From the NCBI GenBank assembly GCA_964016885.1, contig OZ024745.1, positions 9,610,001 through 9,674,000 of the forward strand: a stretch of DNA of 64,000 nt, in the 5' to 3' direction. This stretch comes from Eledone cirrhosa. Taxonomy: Eukaryota. The translations under genes were made by a program, and so were the position numbers. This document shows, one piece after another, positions 37,401-52,700 of this stretch (position 1 is the first letter of the stretch; each line of letters opens with the position of its first letter). The notes under the pieces were generated by a model. That model made no database searches and had not been told where the DNA came from. It was given only the letters and a program-made list of their open reading frames with translations.

Positions 37401-38093
37401 GTGTATGTATATATATATGTATGTATATATTTGTCCTGGGTATGACATTAAACTACATCCAGTGGCAAGGCTCAAGTTCAGGAGGAACTGTGGGGAACGT
37501 GGAGTTACCCCCTTAGTTGTCATAACTCCCAGGTCTGCTCTGGCCTGGTGTAGTAGTACCTGTTGGGGCCCCATTTATAGGTTAAATAATAAGATGACAG
37601 ATCGGCGTACCCTATCAAAGGCCTTCTCTAGGTCAACAAAGGCTAAGTATAGTGGCTTATTTTTCTCTAAGAACCTCTCTTGTAATTGTCTCATCAAGAA
37701 GAGGGCATCTGTTGTACTATTCCCAGGCACAAAACCAAACTGCATCTCATCTAGTTTGACCCTTTCTCTAATTAGTTGTGCTAATATCCTTTCTGCCACT
37801 TTCATAACCTGATCCATCAGTTTTATATCCCTATAATTTCTCCTCTCAAGAGCGTCCCCTTTACTTTTGCACTAGTCTTTGGGTATGACACTGCCATATA
37901 TAGCCTGATTGATGATGTGTGCAACCAGTTTAGTGCCTACGTCCCCTGAGGCCTTCAGCATCTCAGCAACTATCTCCGATGGTCCAGCAGCCTCACCATT
38001 TTTCATTTCCTTAATCGCCTCTTGGACCCTATATTCGTTAATCTCAATAGCTGGTCCCTCTGTCTGATCTACTGAGGGTAATTTCTCTCTCTC

Positions 38094-38135
<42 letters not shown>

Positions 38136-41100
38136 TGAAAGATTTGTAAATGTCTGAGAGATTGGCTAAATGTTTTACAGTGTACTGTGCCACTAAACTG
38201 CACCATACTAAATTACACTACACTGCACTGCACTGCACTGCACTGCACTGCACTGCAATGTTCACTCTAACGCTAGTGTTTTGTGTTTTGCAGGTATGAC
38301 CAGTAAGAGCGAGGAAGTTATTTCAAAGGATTTTCGTAATTAAACACTTTTTTTACCATTATTTTAAGGTATTATCTCGGTTTTTTTTTTTAAATGGACC
38401 TCTTGATAAGACGAAATGACCTGTATAATTTGTTTTCATATTTAGATGGAATAGAAGAAAAAGAAGAGAAATGAAAGCAATGAAATTAAGTTTTAGAGAA
38501 AATATACGCCAACGACAATGGAGGTATGATTTCAGTTTAATCTTAACCTAATGACCACTTTACAGAGTGTACTGGGTGTGTTTTACCTCGCTATGTTTAC
38601 TGTAAACCCTAGATAACGAATGCCTTGTTGAGTGTTGTGAATTGTGAACGTGAGGTTGTGTTGTGGGGTTGCTTGGTGAGGTTGCATAAGAAGGGTGTTG
38701 TGAGTTTGCATTATGATGTAGCTTTGTGAGGCTTTGTTGTGAATTGATAAATATTTGAAAACACACCTCTGTCCCTCAACAGTCAGTCAGTCATTTTCTA
38801 CTAAAACTCATTGATGCGAGTCCCTAGCATTGTATCTGTAAGTACATTATGACTATTTTCTCTTGGTGGACTTGACATTCAAAGATATTTGTATATATTT
38901 TGTTGATGTTGTTTGTTAGTTAGGAAATTGCTTAAAAGCTACTTTGATCACAGCACTTTGTAAAGGCAACATATGTTTAAGATTCTTTTTTCTTTTATTT
39001 TTGTTATTCAGATGACAGAGAAGGCAAAGAAAGGCACAGAAGAAAAGAACAATGACGATTATTATTATTATTATTACTATTATTATTTGTTTTATTATAA
39101 TCAAAATATGCTGTTAGTTTGCCTGCTATCCCACTACGTGCCTGCTATCGCACTCGATCTTTTGTGTACGTTTTATATAATTTATGCCAGTTCCGTTTCT
39201 GCATATCGAACATGGCCATTTCCCTGACGGAATAGAGTTTTGTCCTCTTTTCTACTCATCAACACTCATTCGTGACACAAAGTACAGCGGCATCATTGCG
39301 GACAGACTTAATCCCGATTTGCACTGACACACTGCCTTGCAGTACGGAACAGCGCACGTCGTCGAGCAGCCTCCTTGCATGCTAAGTACACCTGACGTCT
39401 AGCTTCTCTCTTAGCGGCTGTATATTCTTCTCTACTCGCACTAATTTTGCAAGCATTCCATGCTAGTCTTTAGTCTCCAATGGCCCGATCTACCGTGCTG
39501 TCCCACCACCATGTCACTTTCTGTCTGGTTGGAACTCTGATCCAGCCACAAGTTTCATCAGTAACCTGCAGTAAGGTATCGCATAAGAAATTCCAGTTAT
39601 CATCTATGTTGTACGACTCTAAATCGTCTTCTTTTTCATCATACACATATTGAAGGGCTTTCCTAAATTTGTATTTTAGTGAGAGCTCTTTTAGCTTCCA
39701 GACCTTTCTTTTTTCCACACCTTCCTGTATGTCTCATTCAGTCTCTTGCTTGGGGTACATTCTTCCCCGGGGTATGCCTTTGTATTTGACACCATCTGCC
39801 TGTCCCGCTGCCTAACTAGCAAGAAGTCAATCTGCCTTATGTGCTTGCCTGATTTGTAGGTTATTAGGTGGTTGGCAGATTTGTGTAAGTTAGTGTTGTA
39901 GATGGTTAGTGCAATTGCATCGCAAAATTCAAGAAGTTTCACTGCTTCATTTCTTAAGCCGTAAGTGTGCCCAACATGTACCTCAGTGTAACCATCGTAG
40001 AGCTGTCCAACATGACCATTGAAATCCCCTGCTAGCATAACGATGTCTCCGTCCTGTCATTGTGGCTGTTTGTAAAAATTGCTTGTAAATGCAGAATTTC
40101 TTGTCTTTACCTAGCAGCAGTTTCTTGCTCTCAATTAACCCTAAAACTAGCCGTAACGCTAACAGTAACACTAACCGTAACACTAACTTATGCAGGCCTA
40201 GGTAAAGACGAGAAAGATAAAACAAGGAGTGATGCTATTTGAATTTTGTGATGCAAGTGTTTTAACCATTTGCAAAACCAACTTCCGCAAACCTGCCAAC
40301 TGCCTAATAACCTACAAATTAGGCAAGCACAGAAGCCGGATTTCTCGGTAGTTAGGCAGCGAGACAGACAGATGGTGTGAAGTACCAGGGTGTGCCCCGG
40401 GGAGGACTGTTTCCCACAGCGTGGGTTGGTTGTTGGTGATCCTGAGACGGAGTGAGGAGGGTGTTTATAGGTAAATAGATAGACTGATGCACAGATATCT
40501 GGATAGATTGATAGAGAGATAGATATATAGAGAGCATCATTATCATCGTCTGTTCATCATTTTACGTCCGCTTTTCCCTGCTTGAAAGGGTGGGACAGGT
40601 CCTCTTGAGCAAAGCATCTCTTCACTTGTCACGGTCCTTCGTCATCTCCTTGGTGAGTTTCAGCGATCTGAAGTCGGCTCTCACCACCTCCACCCATGTT
40701 TTTCGTGGTCTTCCTCTACTGCGTCTCCCTTCTTTACCCAGCGCTCAACCTCCATGCGCATCACATGTCCATACCATCTCAGTCCTCTCTTGCACACCAC
40801 AACTTATCCCTCTTAAACACAGTTTCTCTCTCAACTCGTTTATGCTTGGTCGTTCCCGCACATTGACATTGCACATCCAACGGAGCGTGCTTGCTTCATT
40901 TCTCTCCAGCCATCGCATACCCTCTGCAGTTGCTGTCCATGTCTCACTACCATGCAGGGTCGCACATCTCGCATAGGCATCATGTAACCACACTTTCGTA
41001 CGCATATATATATTTGTATACATGTATATATATATATATATATGTGTGTATGTATATATATATGTATGTATATATTTGTCCTGGGTATGACATTAAACTA

Positions 41101-41738
41101 CATCCAGTGGCAAGGCTCAAATTCAGGAGGAACTGTGGGGAACGTGGAGTTACCCCCTTAGTTGTCATAACTCCCAGGTCTGCTCTGGCCTGGTGTAGTA
41201 GTACCTGTTGGGGCCCCATTTATAGGTTAAATAATAAGATGACAGATCGGCGTACCCTATCAAAGGCCTTCTCTAGGTCAACAAAGGCTAAGTATAGTGG
41301 CTTATTTTTCTCTAAGAACCTCTCTTGTAATTGTCTCATCAAGAAGAGGGCATCTGTTGTACTATTCCCAGGCACAAAACCAAACTGCATCTCATCTAGT
41401 TTGACCCTTTCTCTAATTAGTTGTGCTAATATCCTTTCTGCCACTTTCATAACCTGATCCATCAGTTTTATATCCCTATAATTTCTCCTCTCAAGAGCGT
41501 CCCCTTTACTTTTGCACTAGTCTTTGGGTATGACACTGCCATATATAGCCTGATTGATGATGTGTGCAACCAGTTTAGTGCCTACGTCCCCTGAGGCCTT
41601 CAGCATCTCAGCAACTATCTCCGATGGTCCAGCAGCCTCACCATTTTTCATTTCCTTAATCGCCTCTTGGACCCTATATTCGTTAATCTCAATAGCTGGT
41701 CCCTCTGTCTGATCTACTGAGGGTAATTTCTCTCTCTC

Positions 41739-41776
<38 letters not shown>

Positions 41777-44700
41777 TGAAAGATTTGTAAATGTCTGAGA
41801 GATTGGCTAAATGTTTTACAGTGTACTGTGCCACTAAACTGCACCATACTAAATTACACTACACTGCACTGCACTGCACTGCACTGCACTGCAATGTTCA
41901 CTCTAACGCTAGTGTTTTGTGTTTTGCAGGTATGACCAGTAAGAGCGAGGAAGTTATTTCAAAGGATTTTCGTAATTAAACACTTTTTTTACCATTATTT
42001 TAAGGTATTATCTCGGTTTTTTTTTTTAAATGGACCTCTTGATAAGACGAAATGACCTGTATAATTTTTTTTCATATTTAGATGGAATAGAAGAAAAAGA
42101 AGAGAAATGAAAGCAATGAAATTAAGTTTTAGAGAAAATATACGCCAACGACAATGGAGGTATGATTTCAGTTTAATCTTAACCTAATGACCACTTTACA
42201 GAGTGTACTGGGTGTGTTTTACCTCGCTATGTTTACTGTAAACCCTAGATAACGAATGCCTTGTTGAGTGTTGTGAATTGTGAACGTGAGGTTGTGTTGT
42301 GGGGTTGCTTGGTGAGGTTGCATAAGAAGGGTGTTGTGAGTTTGCATTATGATGTAGCTTTGTGAGGCTTTGTTGTGAATTGATAAATATTTGAAAACAC
42401 ACCTCTGTCCCTCAACAGTCAGTCAGTCATTTTCTACTAAAACTCATTGATGCGAGTCCCTAGCATTGTATCTGTAAGTACATTATGACTATTTTCTCTT
42501 GGTGGACTTGACATTCAAAGATATTTGTATATATTTTGTTGATGTTGTTTGTTAGTTAGGAAATTGCTTAAAAGCTACTTTGATCACAGCACTTTGTAAA
42601 GGCAACATATGTTTAAGATTCTTTTTTCTTTTATTTTTGTTATTCAGATGACAGAGAAGGCAAAGAAAGGCACAGAAGAAAAGAACAATGACGATTATTA
42701 TTATTATTATTACTATTATTATTTGTTTTATTATAATCAAAATATGCTGTTAGTTTGCCTGCTATCCCACTACGTGCCTGCTATCGCACTCGATCTTTTG
42801 TGTACGTTTTATATAATTTATGCCAGTTCCGTTTCTGCATATCGAACATGGCCATTTCCCTGACGGAATAGAGTTTTGTCCTCTTTTCTACTCATCAACA
42901 CTCATTCGTGACACAAAGTACAGCGGCATCATTGCGGACAGACTTAATCCCGATTTGCACTGACACACTGCCTTGCAGTACGGAACAGCGCACGTCGTCG
43001 AGCAGCCTCCTTGCATGCTAAGTACACCTGACGTCTAGCTTCTCTCTTAGCGGCTGTATATTCTTCTCTACTCGCACTAATTTTGCAAGCATTCCATGCT
43101 AGTCTTTAGTCTCCAATGGCCCGATCTACCGTGCTGTCCCACCACCATGTCACTTTCTGTCTGGTTGGAACTCTGATCCAGCCACAAGTTTCATCAGTAA
43201 CCTGCAGTAAGGTATCGCATAAGAAATTCCAGTTATCATCTATGTTGTACGACTCTAAATCGTCTTCTTTTTCATCATACACATATTGAAGGGCTTTCCT
43301 AAATTTGTATTTTAGTGAGAGCTCTTTTAGCTTCCAGACCTTTCTTTTTTCCACACCTTCCTGTATGTCTCATTCAGTCTCTTGCTTGGGGTACATTCTT
43401 CCCCGGGGTATGCCTTTGTATTTGACACCATCTGCCTGTCCCGCTGCCTAACTAGCAAGAAGTCAATCTGCCTTATGTGCTTGCCTGATTTGTAGGTTAT
43501 TAGGTGGTTGGCAGATTTGTGTAAGTTAGTGTTGTAGATGGTTAGTGCAATTGCATCGCAAAATTCAAGAAGTTTCACTGCTTCATTTCTTAAGCCGTAA
43601 GTGTGCCCAACATGTACCTCAGTGTAACCATCGTAGAGCTGTCCAACATGACCATTGAAATCCCCTGCTAGCATAACGATGTCTCCGTCCTGTCATTGTG
43701 GCTGTTTGTAAAAATTGCTTGTAAATGCAGAATTTCTTGTCTTTACCTAGCAGCAGTTTCTTGCTCTCAATTAACCCTAAAACTAGCCGTAACGCTAACA
43801 GTAACACTAACCGTAACACTAACTTATGCAGGCCTAGGTAAAGACGAGAAAGATAAAACAAGGAGTGATGCTATTTGAATTTTGTGATGCAAGTGTTTTA
43901 ACCATTTGCAAAACCAACTTCCGCAAACCTGCCAACTGCCTAATAACCTACAAATTAGGCAAGCACAGAAGCCGGATTTCTCGGTAGTTAGGCAGCGAGA
44001 CAGACAGATGGTGTGAAGTACCAGGGTGTGCCCCGGGGAGGACTGTTTCCCACAGCGTGGGTTGGTTGTTGGTGATCCTGAGACGGAGTGAGGAGGGTGT
44101 TTATAGGTAAATAGATAGACTGATGCACAGATATCTGGATAGATTGATAGAGAGATAGATATATAGAGAGCATCATTATCATCGTCTGTTCATCATTTTA
44201 CGTCCGCTTTTCCCTGCTTGAAAGGGTGGGACAGGTCCTCTTGAGCAAAGCATCTCTTCACTTGTCACGGTCCTTCGTCATCTCCTTGGTGAGTTTCAGC
44301 GATCTGAAGTCGGCTCTCACCACCTCCACCCATGTTTTTCGTGGTCTTCCTCTACTGCGTCTCCCTTCTTTACCCAGCGCTCAACCTCCATGCGCATCAC
44401 ATGTCCATACCATCTCAGTCCTCTCTTGCACACCACAACTTATCCCTCTTAAACACAGTTTCTCTCTCAACTCGTTTATGCTTGGTCGTTCCCGCACATT
44501 GACATTGCACATCCAACGGAGCGTGCTTGCTTCATTTCTCTCCAGCCATCGCATACCCTCTGCAGTTGCTGTCCATGTCTCACTACCATGCAGGGTCGCA
44601 CATCTCGCATAGGCATCATGTAACCACACTTTCGTACGCATATATATATTTGTATACATGTATATATATATATATATGTGTGTATGTATATATATATGTA

Positions 44701-45372
44701 TGTATATATTTGTCCTGGGTATGACATTAAACTACATCCAGTGGCAAGGCTCAAGTTCAGGAGGAACTGTGGGGAACGTGGAGTTACCCCCTTAGTTGTC
44801 ATAACTCCCAGGTCTGCTCTGGCCTGGTGTAGTAGTACCTGTTGGGGCCCCATTTATAGGTTAAATAATAAGATGACAGATCGGCGTACCCTATCAAAGG
44901 CCTTCTCTAGGTCAACAAAGGCTAAGTATAGTGGCTTATTTTTCTCTAAGAACCTCTCTTGTAATTGTCTCATCAAGAAGAGGGCATCTGTTGTACTATT
45001 CCCAGGCACAAAACCAAACTGCATCTCATCTAGTTTGACCCTTTCTCTAATTAGTTGTGCTAATATCCTTTCTGCCACTTTCATAACCTGATCCATCAGT
45101 TTTATATCCCTATAATTTCTCCTCTCAAGAGCGTCCCCTTTACTTTTGCACTAGTCTTTGGGTATGACACTGCCATATATAGCCTGATTGATGATGTGTG
45201 CAACCAGTTTAGTGCCTACGTCCCCTGAGGCCTTCAGCATCTCAGCAACTATCTCCGATGGTCCAGCAGCCTCACCATTTTTCATTTCCTTAATCGCCTC
45301 TTGGACCCTATATTCGTTAATCTCAATAGCTGGTCCCTCTGTCTGATCTACTGAGGGTAATTTCTCTCTCTC

Positions 45373-45414
<42 letters not shown>

Positions 45415-48400
45415 TGAAAGATTTGTAAATGTCTGAGAGATTGGCTAAATGTTTTACAGTGTACTGTGCCACTAAACTGCACCATACTAAATTACACTAC
45501 ACTGCACTGCACTGCACTGCACTGCACTGCACTGCAATGTTCACTCTAACGCTAGTGTTTTGTGTTTTGCAGGTATGACCAGTAAGAGCGAGGAAGTTAT
45601 TTCAAAGGATTTTCGTAATTAAACACTTTTTTTACCATTATTTTAAGGTATTATCTCGGTTTTTTTTTTTAAATGGACCTCTTGATAAGACGAAATGACC
45701 TGTATAATTTTTTTTCATATTTAGATGGAATAGAAGAAAAAGAAGAGAAATGAAAGCAATGAAATTAAGTTTTAGAGAAAATATACGCCAACGACAATGG
45801 AGGTATGATTTCAGTTTAATCTTAACCTAATGACCACTTTACAGAGTGTACTGGGTGTGTTTTACCTCGCTATGTTTACTGTAAACCCTAGATAACGAAT
45901 GCCTTGTTGAGTGTTGTGAATTGTGAACGTGAGGTTGTGTTGTGGGGTTGCTTGGTGAGGTTGCATAAGAAGGGTGTTGTGAGTTTGCATTATGATGTAG
46001 CTTTGTGAGGCTTTGTTGTGAATTGATAAATATTTGAAAACACACCTCTGTCCCTCAACAGTCAGTCAGTCATTTTCTACTAAAACTCATTGATGCGAGT
46101 CCCTAGCATTGTATCTGTAAGTACATTATGACTATTTTCTCTTGGTGGACTTGACATTCAAAGATATTTGTATATATTTTGTTGATGTTGTTTGTTAGTT
46201 AGGAAATTGCTTAAAAGCTACTTTGATCACAGCACTTTGTAAAGGCAACATATGTTTAAGATTCTTTTTTCTTTTATTTTTGTTATTCAGATGACAGAGA
46301 AGGCAAAGAAAGGCACAGAAGAAAAGAACAATGACGATTATTATTATTATTATTACTATTATTATTTGTTTTATTATAATCAAAATATGCTGTTAGTTTG
46401 CCTGCTATCCCACTACGTGCCTGCTATCGCACTCGATCTTTTGTGTACGTTTTATATAATTTATGCCAGTTCCGTTTCTGCATATCGAACATGGCCATTT
46501 CCCTGACGGAATAGAGTTTTGTCCTCTTTTCTACTCATCAACACTCATTCGTGACACAAAGTACAGCGGCATCATTGCGGACAGACTTAATCCCGATTTG
46601 CACTGACACACTGCCTTGCAGTACGGAACAGCGCACGTCGTCGAGCAGCCTCCTTGCATGCTAAGTACACCTGACGTCTAGCTTCTCTCTTAGCGGCTGT
46701 ATATTCTTCTCTACTCGCACTAATTTTGCAAGCATTCCATGCTAGTCTTTAGTCTCCAATGGCCCGATCTACCGTGCTGTCCCACCACCATGTCACTTTC
46801 TGTCTGGTTGGAACTCTGATCCAGCCACAAGTTTCATCAGTAACCTGCAGTAAGGTATCGCATAAGAAATTCCAGTTATCATCTATGTTGTACGACTCTA
46901 AATCGTCTTCTTTTTCATCATACACATATTGAAGGGCTTTCCTAAATTTGTATTTTAGTGAGAGCTCTTTTAGCTTCCAGACCTTTCTTTTTTCCACACC
47001 TTCCTGTATGTCTCATTCAGTCTCTTGCTTGGGGTACATTCTTCCCCGGGGTATGCCTTTGTATTTGACACCATCTGCCTGTCCCGCTGCCTAACTAGCA
47101 AGAAGTCAATCTGCCTTATGTGCTTGCCTGATTTGTAGGTTATTAGGTGGTTGGCAGATTTGTGTAAGTTAGTGTTGTAGATGGTTAGTGCAATTGCATC
47201 GCAAAATTCAAGAAGTTTCACTGCTTCATTTCTTAAGCCGTAAGTGTGCCCAACATGTACCTCAGTGTAACCATCGTAGAGCTGTCCAACATGACCATTG
47301 AAATCCCCTGCTAGCATAACGATGTCTCCGTCCTGTCATTGTGGCTGTTTGTAAAAATTGCTTGTAAATGCAGAATTTCTTGTCTTTACCTAGCAGCAGT
47401 TTCTTGCTCTCAATTAACCCTAAAACTAGCCGTAACGCTAACAGTAACACTAACCGTAACACTAACTTATGCAGGCCTAGGTAAAGACGAGAAAGATAAA
47501 ACAAGGAGTGATGCTATTTGAATTTTGTGATGCAAGTGTTTTAACCATTTGCAAAACCAACTTCCGCAAACCTGCCAACTGCCTAATAACCTACAAATTA
47601 GGCAAGCACAGAAGCCGGATTTCTCGGTAGTTAGGCAGCGAGACAGACAGATGGTGTGAAGTACCAGGGTGTGCCCCGGGGAGGACTGTTTCCCACAGCG
47701 TGGGTTGGTTGTTGGTGATCCTGAGACGGAGTGAGGAGGGTGTTTATAGGTAAATAGATAGACTGATGCACAGATATCTGGATAGATTGATAGAGAGATA
47801 GATATATAGAGAGCATCATTATCATCGTCTGTTCATCATTTTACGTCCGCTTTTCCCTGCTTGAAAGGGTGGGACAGGTCCTCTTGAGCAAAGCATCTCT
47901 TCACTTGTCACGGTCCTTCGTCATCTCCTTGGTGAGTTTCAGCGATCTGAAGTCGGCTCTCACCACCTCCACCCATGTTTTTCGTGGTCTTCCTCTACTG
48001 CGTCTCCCTTCTTTACCCAGCGCTCAACCTCCATGCGCATCACATGTCCATACCATCTCAGTCCTCTCTTGCACACCACAACTTATCCCTCTTAAACACA
48101 GTTTCTCTCTCAACTCGTTTATGCTTGGTCGTTCCCGCACATTGACATTGCACATCCAACGGAGCGTGCTTGCTTCATTTCTCTCCAGCCATCGCATACC
48201 CTCTGCAGTTGCTGTCCATGTCTCACTACCATGCAGGGTCGCACATCTCGCATAGGCATCATGTAACCACACTTTCGTACGCATATATATATTTGTATAC
48301 ATGTATATATATATATATATGTGTGTATGTATATATATATGTATGTATATATTTGTCCTGGGTATGACATTAAACTACATCCAGTGGCAAGGCTCAAGTT

Positions 48401-49015
48401 CAGGAGGAACTGTGGGGAACGTGGAGTTACCCCCTTAGTTGTCATAACTCCCAGGTCTGCTCTGGCCTGGTGTAGTAGTACCTGTTGGGGCCCCATTTAT
48501 AGGTTAAATAATAAGATGACAGATCGGCGTACCCTATCAAAGGCCTTCTCTAGGTCAACAAAGGCTAAGTATAGTGGCTTATTTTTCTCTAAGAACCTCT
48601 CTTGTAATTGTCTCATCAAGAAGAGGGCATCTGTTGTACTATTCCCAGGCACAAAACCAAACTGCATCTCATCTAGTTTGACCCTTTCTCTAATTAGTTG
48701 TGCTAATATCCTTTCTGCCACTTTCATAACCTGATCCATCAGTTTTATATCCCTATAATTTCTCCTCTCAAGAGCGTCCCCTTTACTTTTGCACTAGTCT
48801 TTGGGTATGACACTGCCATATATAGCCTGATTGATGATGTGTGCAACCAGTTTAGTGCCTACGTCCCCTGAGGCCTTCAGCATCTCAGCAACTATCTCCG
48901 ATGGTCCAGCAGCCTCACCATTTTTCATTTCCTTAATCGCCTCTTGGACCCTATATTCGTTAATCTCAATAGCTGGTCCCTCTGTCTGATCTACTGAGGG
49001 TAATTTCTCTCTCTC

Positions 49016-49057
<42 letters not shown>

Positions 49058-52000
49058 TGAAAGATTTGTAAATGTCTGAGAGATTGGCTAAATGTTTTAC
49101 AGTGTACTGTGCCACTAAACTGCACCATACTAAATTACACTACACTGCACTGCACTGCACTGCACTGCACTGCACTGCAATGTTCACTCTAACGCTAGTG
49201 TTTTGTGTTTTGCAGGTATGACCAGTAAGAGCGAGGAAGTTATTTCAAAGGATTTTCGTAATTAAACACTTTTTTTACCATTATTTTAAGGTATTATCTC
49301 GGTTTTTTTTTTTAAATGGACCTCTTGATAAGACGAAATGACCTGTATAATTTTTTTTCATATTTAGATGGAATAGAAGAAAAAGAAGAGAAATGAAAGC
49401 AATGAAATTAAGTTTTAGAGAAAATATACGCCAACGACAATGGAGGTATGATTTCAGTTTAATCTTAACCTAATGACCACTTTACAGAGTGTACTGGGTG
49501 TGTTTTACCTCGCTATGTTTACTGTAAACCCTAGATAACGAATGCCTTGTTGAGTGTTGTGAATTGTGAACGTGAGGTTGTGTTGTGGGGTTGCTTGGTG
49601 AGGTTGCATAAGAAGGGTGTTGTGAGTTTGCATTATGATGTAGCTTTGTGAGGCTTTGTTGTGAATTGATAAATATTTGAAAACACACCTCTGTCCCTCA
49701 ACAGTCAGTCAGTCATTTTCTACTAAAACTCATTGATGCGAGTCCCTAGCATTGTATCTGTAAGTACATTATGACTATTTTCTCTTGGTGGACTTGACAT
49801 TCAAAGATATTTGTATATATTTTGTTGATGTTGTTTGTTAGTTAGGAAATTGCTTAAAAGCTACTTTGATCACAGCACTTTGTAAAGGCAACATATGTTT
49901 AAGATTCTTTTTTCTTTTATTTTTGTTATTCAGATGACAGAGAAGGCAAAGAAAGGCACAGAAGAAAAGAACAATGACGATTATTATTATTATTATTACT
50001 ATTATTATTTGTTTTATTATAATCAAAATATGCTGTTAGTTTGCCTGCTATCCCACTACGTGCCTGCTATCGCACTCGATCTTTTGTGTACGTTTTATAT
50101 AATTTATGCCAGTTCCGTTTCTGCATATCGAACATGGCCATTTCCCTGACGGAATAGAGTTTTGTCCTCTTTTCTACTCATCAACACTCATTCGTGACAC
50201 AAAGTACAGCGGCATCATTGCGGACAGACTTAATCCCGATTTGCACTGACACACTGCCTTGCAGTACGGAACAGCGCACGTCGTCGAGCAGCCTCCTTGC
50301 ATGCTAAGTACACCTGACGTCTAGCTTCTCTCTTAGCGGCTGTATATTCTTCTCTACTCGCACTAATTTTGCAAGCATTCCATGCTAGTCTTTAGTCTCC
50401 AATGGCCCGATCTACCGTGCTGTCCCACCACCATGTCACTTTCTGTCTGGTTGGAACTCTGATCCAGCCACAAGTTTCATCAGTAACCTGCAGTAAGGTA
50501 TCGCATAAGAAATTCCAGTTATCATCTATGTTGTACGACTCTAAATCGTCTTCTTTTTCATCATACACATATTGAAGGGCTTTCCTAAATTTGTATTTTA
50601 GTGAGAGCTCTTTTAGCTTCCAGACCTTTCTTTTTTCCACACCTTCCTGTATGTCTCATTCAGTCTCTTGCTTGGGGTACATTCTTCCCCGGGGTATGCC
50701 TTTGTATTTGACACCATCTGCCTGTCCCGCTGCCTAACTAGCAAGAAGTCAATCTGCCTTATGTGCTTGCCTGATTTGTAGGTTATTAGGTGGTTGGCAG
50801 ATTTGTGTAAGTTAGTGTTGTAGATGGTTAGTGCAATTGCATCGCAAAATTCAAGAAGTTTCACTGCTTCATTTCTTAAGCCGTAAGTGTGCCCAACATG
50901 TACCTCAGTGTAACCATCGTAGAGCTGTCCAACATGACCATTGAAATCCCCTGCTAGCATAACGATGTCTCCGTCCTGTCATTGTGGCTGTTTGTAAAAA
51001 TTGCTTGTAAATGCAGAATTTCTTGTCTTTACCTAGCAGCAGTTTCTTGCTCTCAATTAACCCTAAAACTAGCCGTAACGCTAACAGTAACACTAACCGT
51101 AACACTAACTTATGCAGGCCTAGGTAAAGACGAGAAAGATAAAACAAGGAGTGATGCTATTTGAATTTTGTGATGCAAGTGTTTTAACCATTTGCAAAAC
51201 CAACTTCCGCAAACCTGCCAACTGCCTAATAACCTACAAATTAGGCAAGCACAGAAGCCGGATTTCTCGGTAGTTAGGCAGCGAGACAGACAGATGGTGT
51301 GAAGTACCAGGGTGTGCCCCGGGGAGGACTGTTTCCCACAGCGTGGGTTGGTTGTTGGTGATCCTGAGACGGAGTGAGGAGGGTGTTTATAGGTAAATAG
51401 ATAGACTGATGCACAGATATCTGGATAGATTGATAGAGAGATAGATATATAGAGAGCATCATTATCATCGTCTGTTCATCATTTTACGTCCGCTTTTCCC
51501 TGCTTGAAAGGGTGGGACAGGTCCTCTTGAGCAAAGCATCTCTTCACTTGTCACGGTCCTTCGTCATCTCCTTGGTGAGTTTCAGCGATCTGAAGTCGGC
51601 TCTCACCACCTCCACCCATGTTTTTCGTGGTCTTCCTCTACTGCGTCTCCCTTCTTTACCCAGCGCTCAACCTCCATGCGCATCACATGTCCATACCATC
51701 TCAGTCCTCTCTTGCACACCACAACTTATCCCTCTTAAACACAGTTTCTCTCTCAACTCGTTTATGCTTGGTCGTTCCCGCACATTGACATTGCACATCC
51801 AACGGAGCGTGCTTGCTTCATTTCTCTCCAGCCATCGCATACCCTCTGCAGTTGCTGTCCATGTCTCACTACCATGCAGGGTCGCACATCTCGCATAGGC
51901 ATCATGTAACCACACTTTCGTACGCATATATATATTTGTATACATGTATATATATATATATATGTGTGTATGTATATATATATGTATGTATATATTTGTC

Positions 52001-52658
52001 CTGGGTATGACATTAAACTACATCCAGTGGCAAGGCTCAAGTTCAGGAGGAACTGTGGGGAACGTGGAGTTACCCCCTTAGTTGTCATAACTCCCAGGTC
52101 TGCTCTGGCCTGGTGTAGTAGTACCTGTTGGGGCCCCATTTATAGGTTAAATAATAAGATGACAGATCGGCGTACCCTATCAAAGGCCTTCTCTAGGTCA
52201 ACAAAGGCTAAGTATAGTGGCTTATTTTTCTCTAAGAACCTCTCTTGTAATTGTCTCATCAAGAAGAGGGCATCTGTTGTACTATTCCCAGGCACAAAAC
52301 CAAACTGCATCTCATCTAGTTTGACCCTTTCTCTAATTAGTTGTGCTAATATCCTTTCTGCCACTTTCATAACCTGATCCATCAGTTTTATATCCCTATA
52401 ATTTCTCCTCTCAAGAGCGTCCCCTTTACTTTTGCACTAGTCTTTGGGTATGACACTGCCATATATAGCCTGATTGATGATGTGTGCAACCAGTTTAGTG
52501 CCTACGTCCCCTGAGGCCTTCAGCATCTCAGCAACTATCTCCGATGGTCCAGCAGCCTCACCATTTTTCATTTCCTTAATCGCCTCTTGGACCCTATATT
52601 CGTTAATCTCAATAGCTGGTCCCTCTGTCTGATCTACTGAGGGTAATTTCTCTCTCTC

Positions 52659-52700
<42 letters not shown>
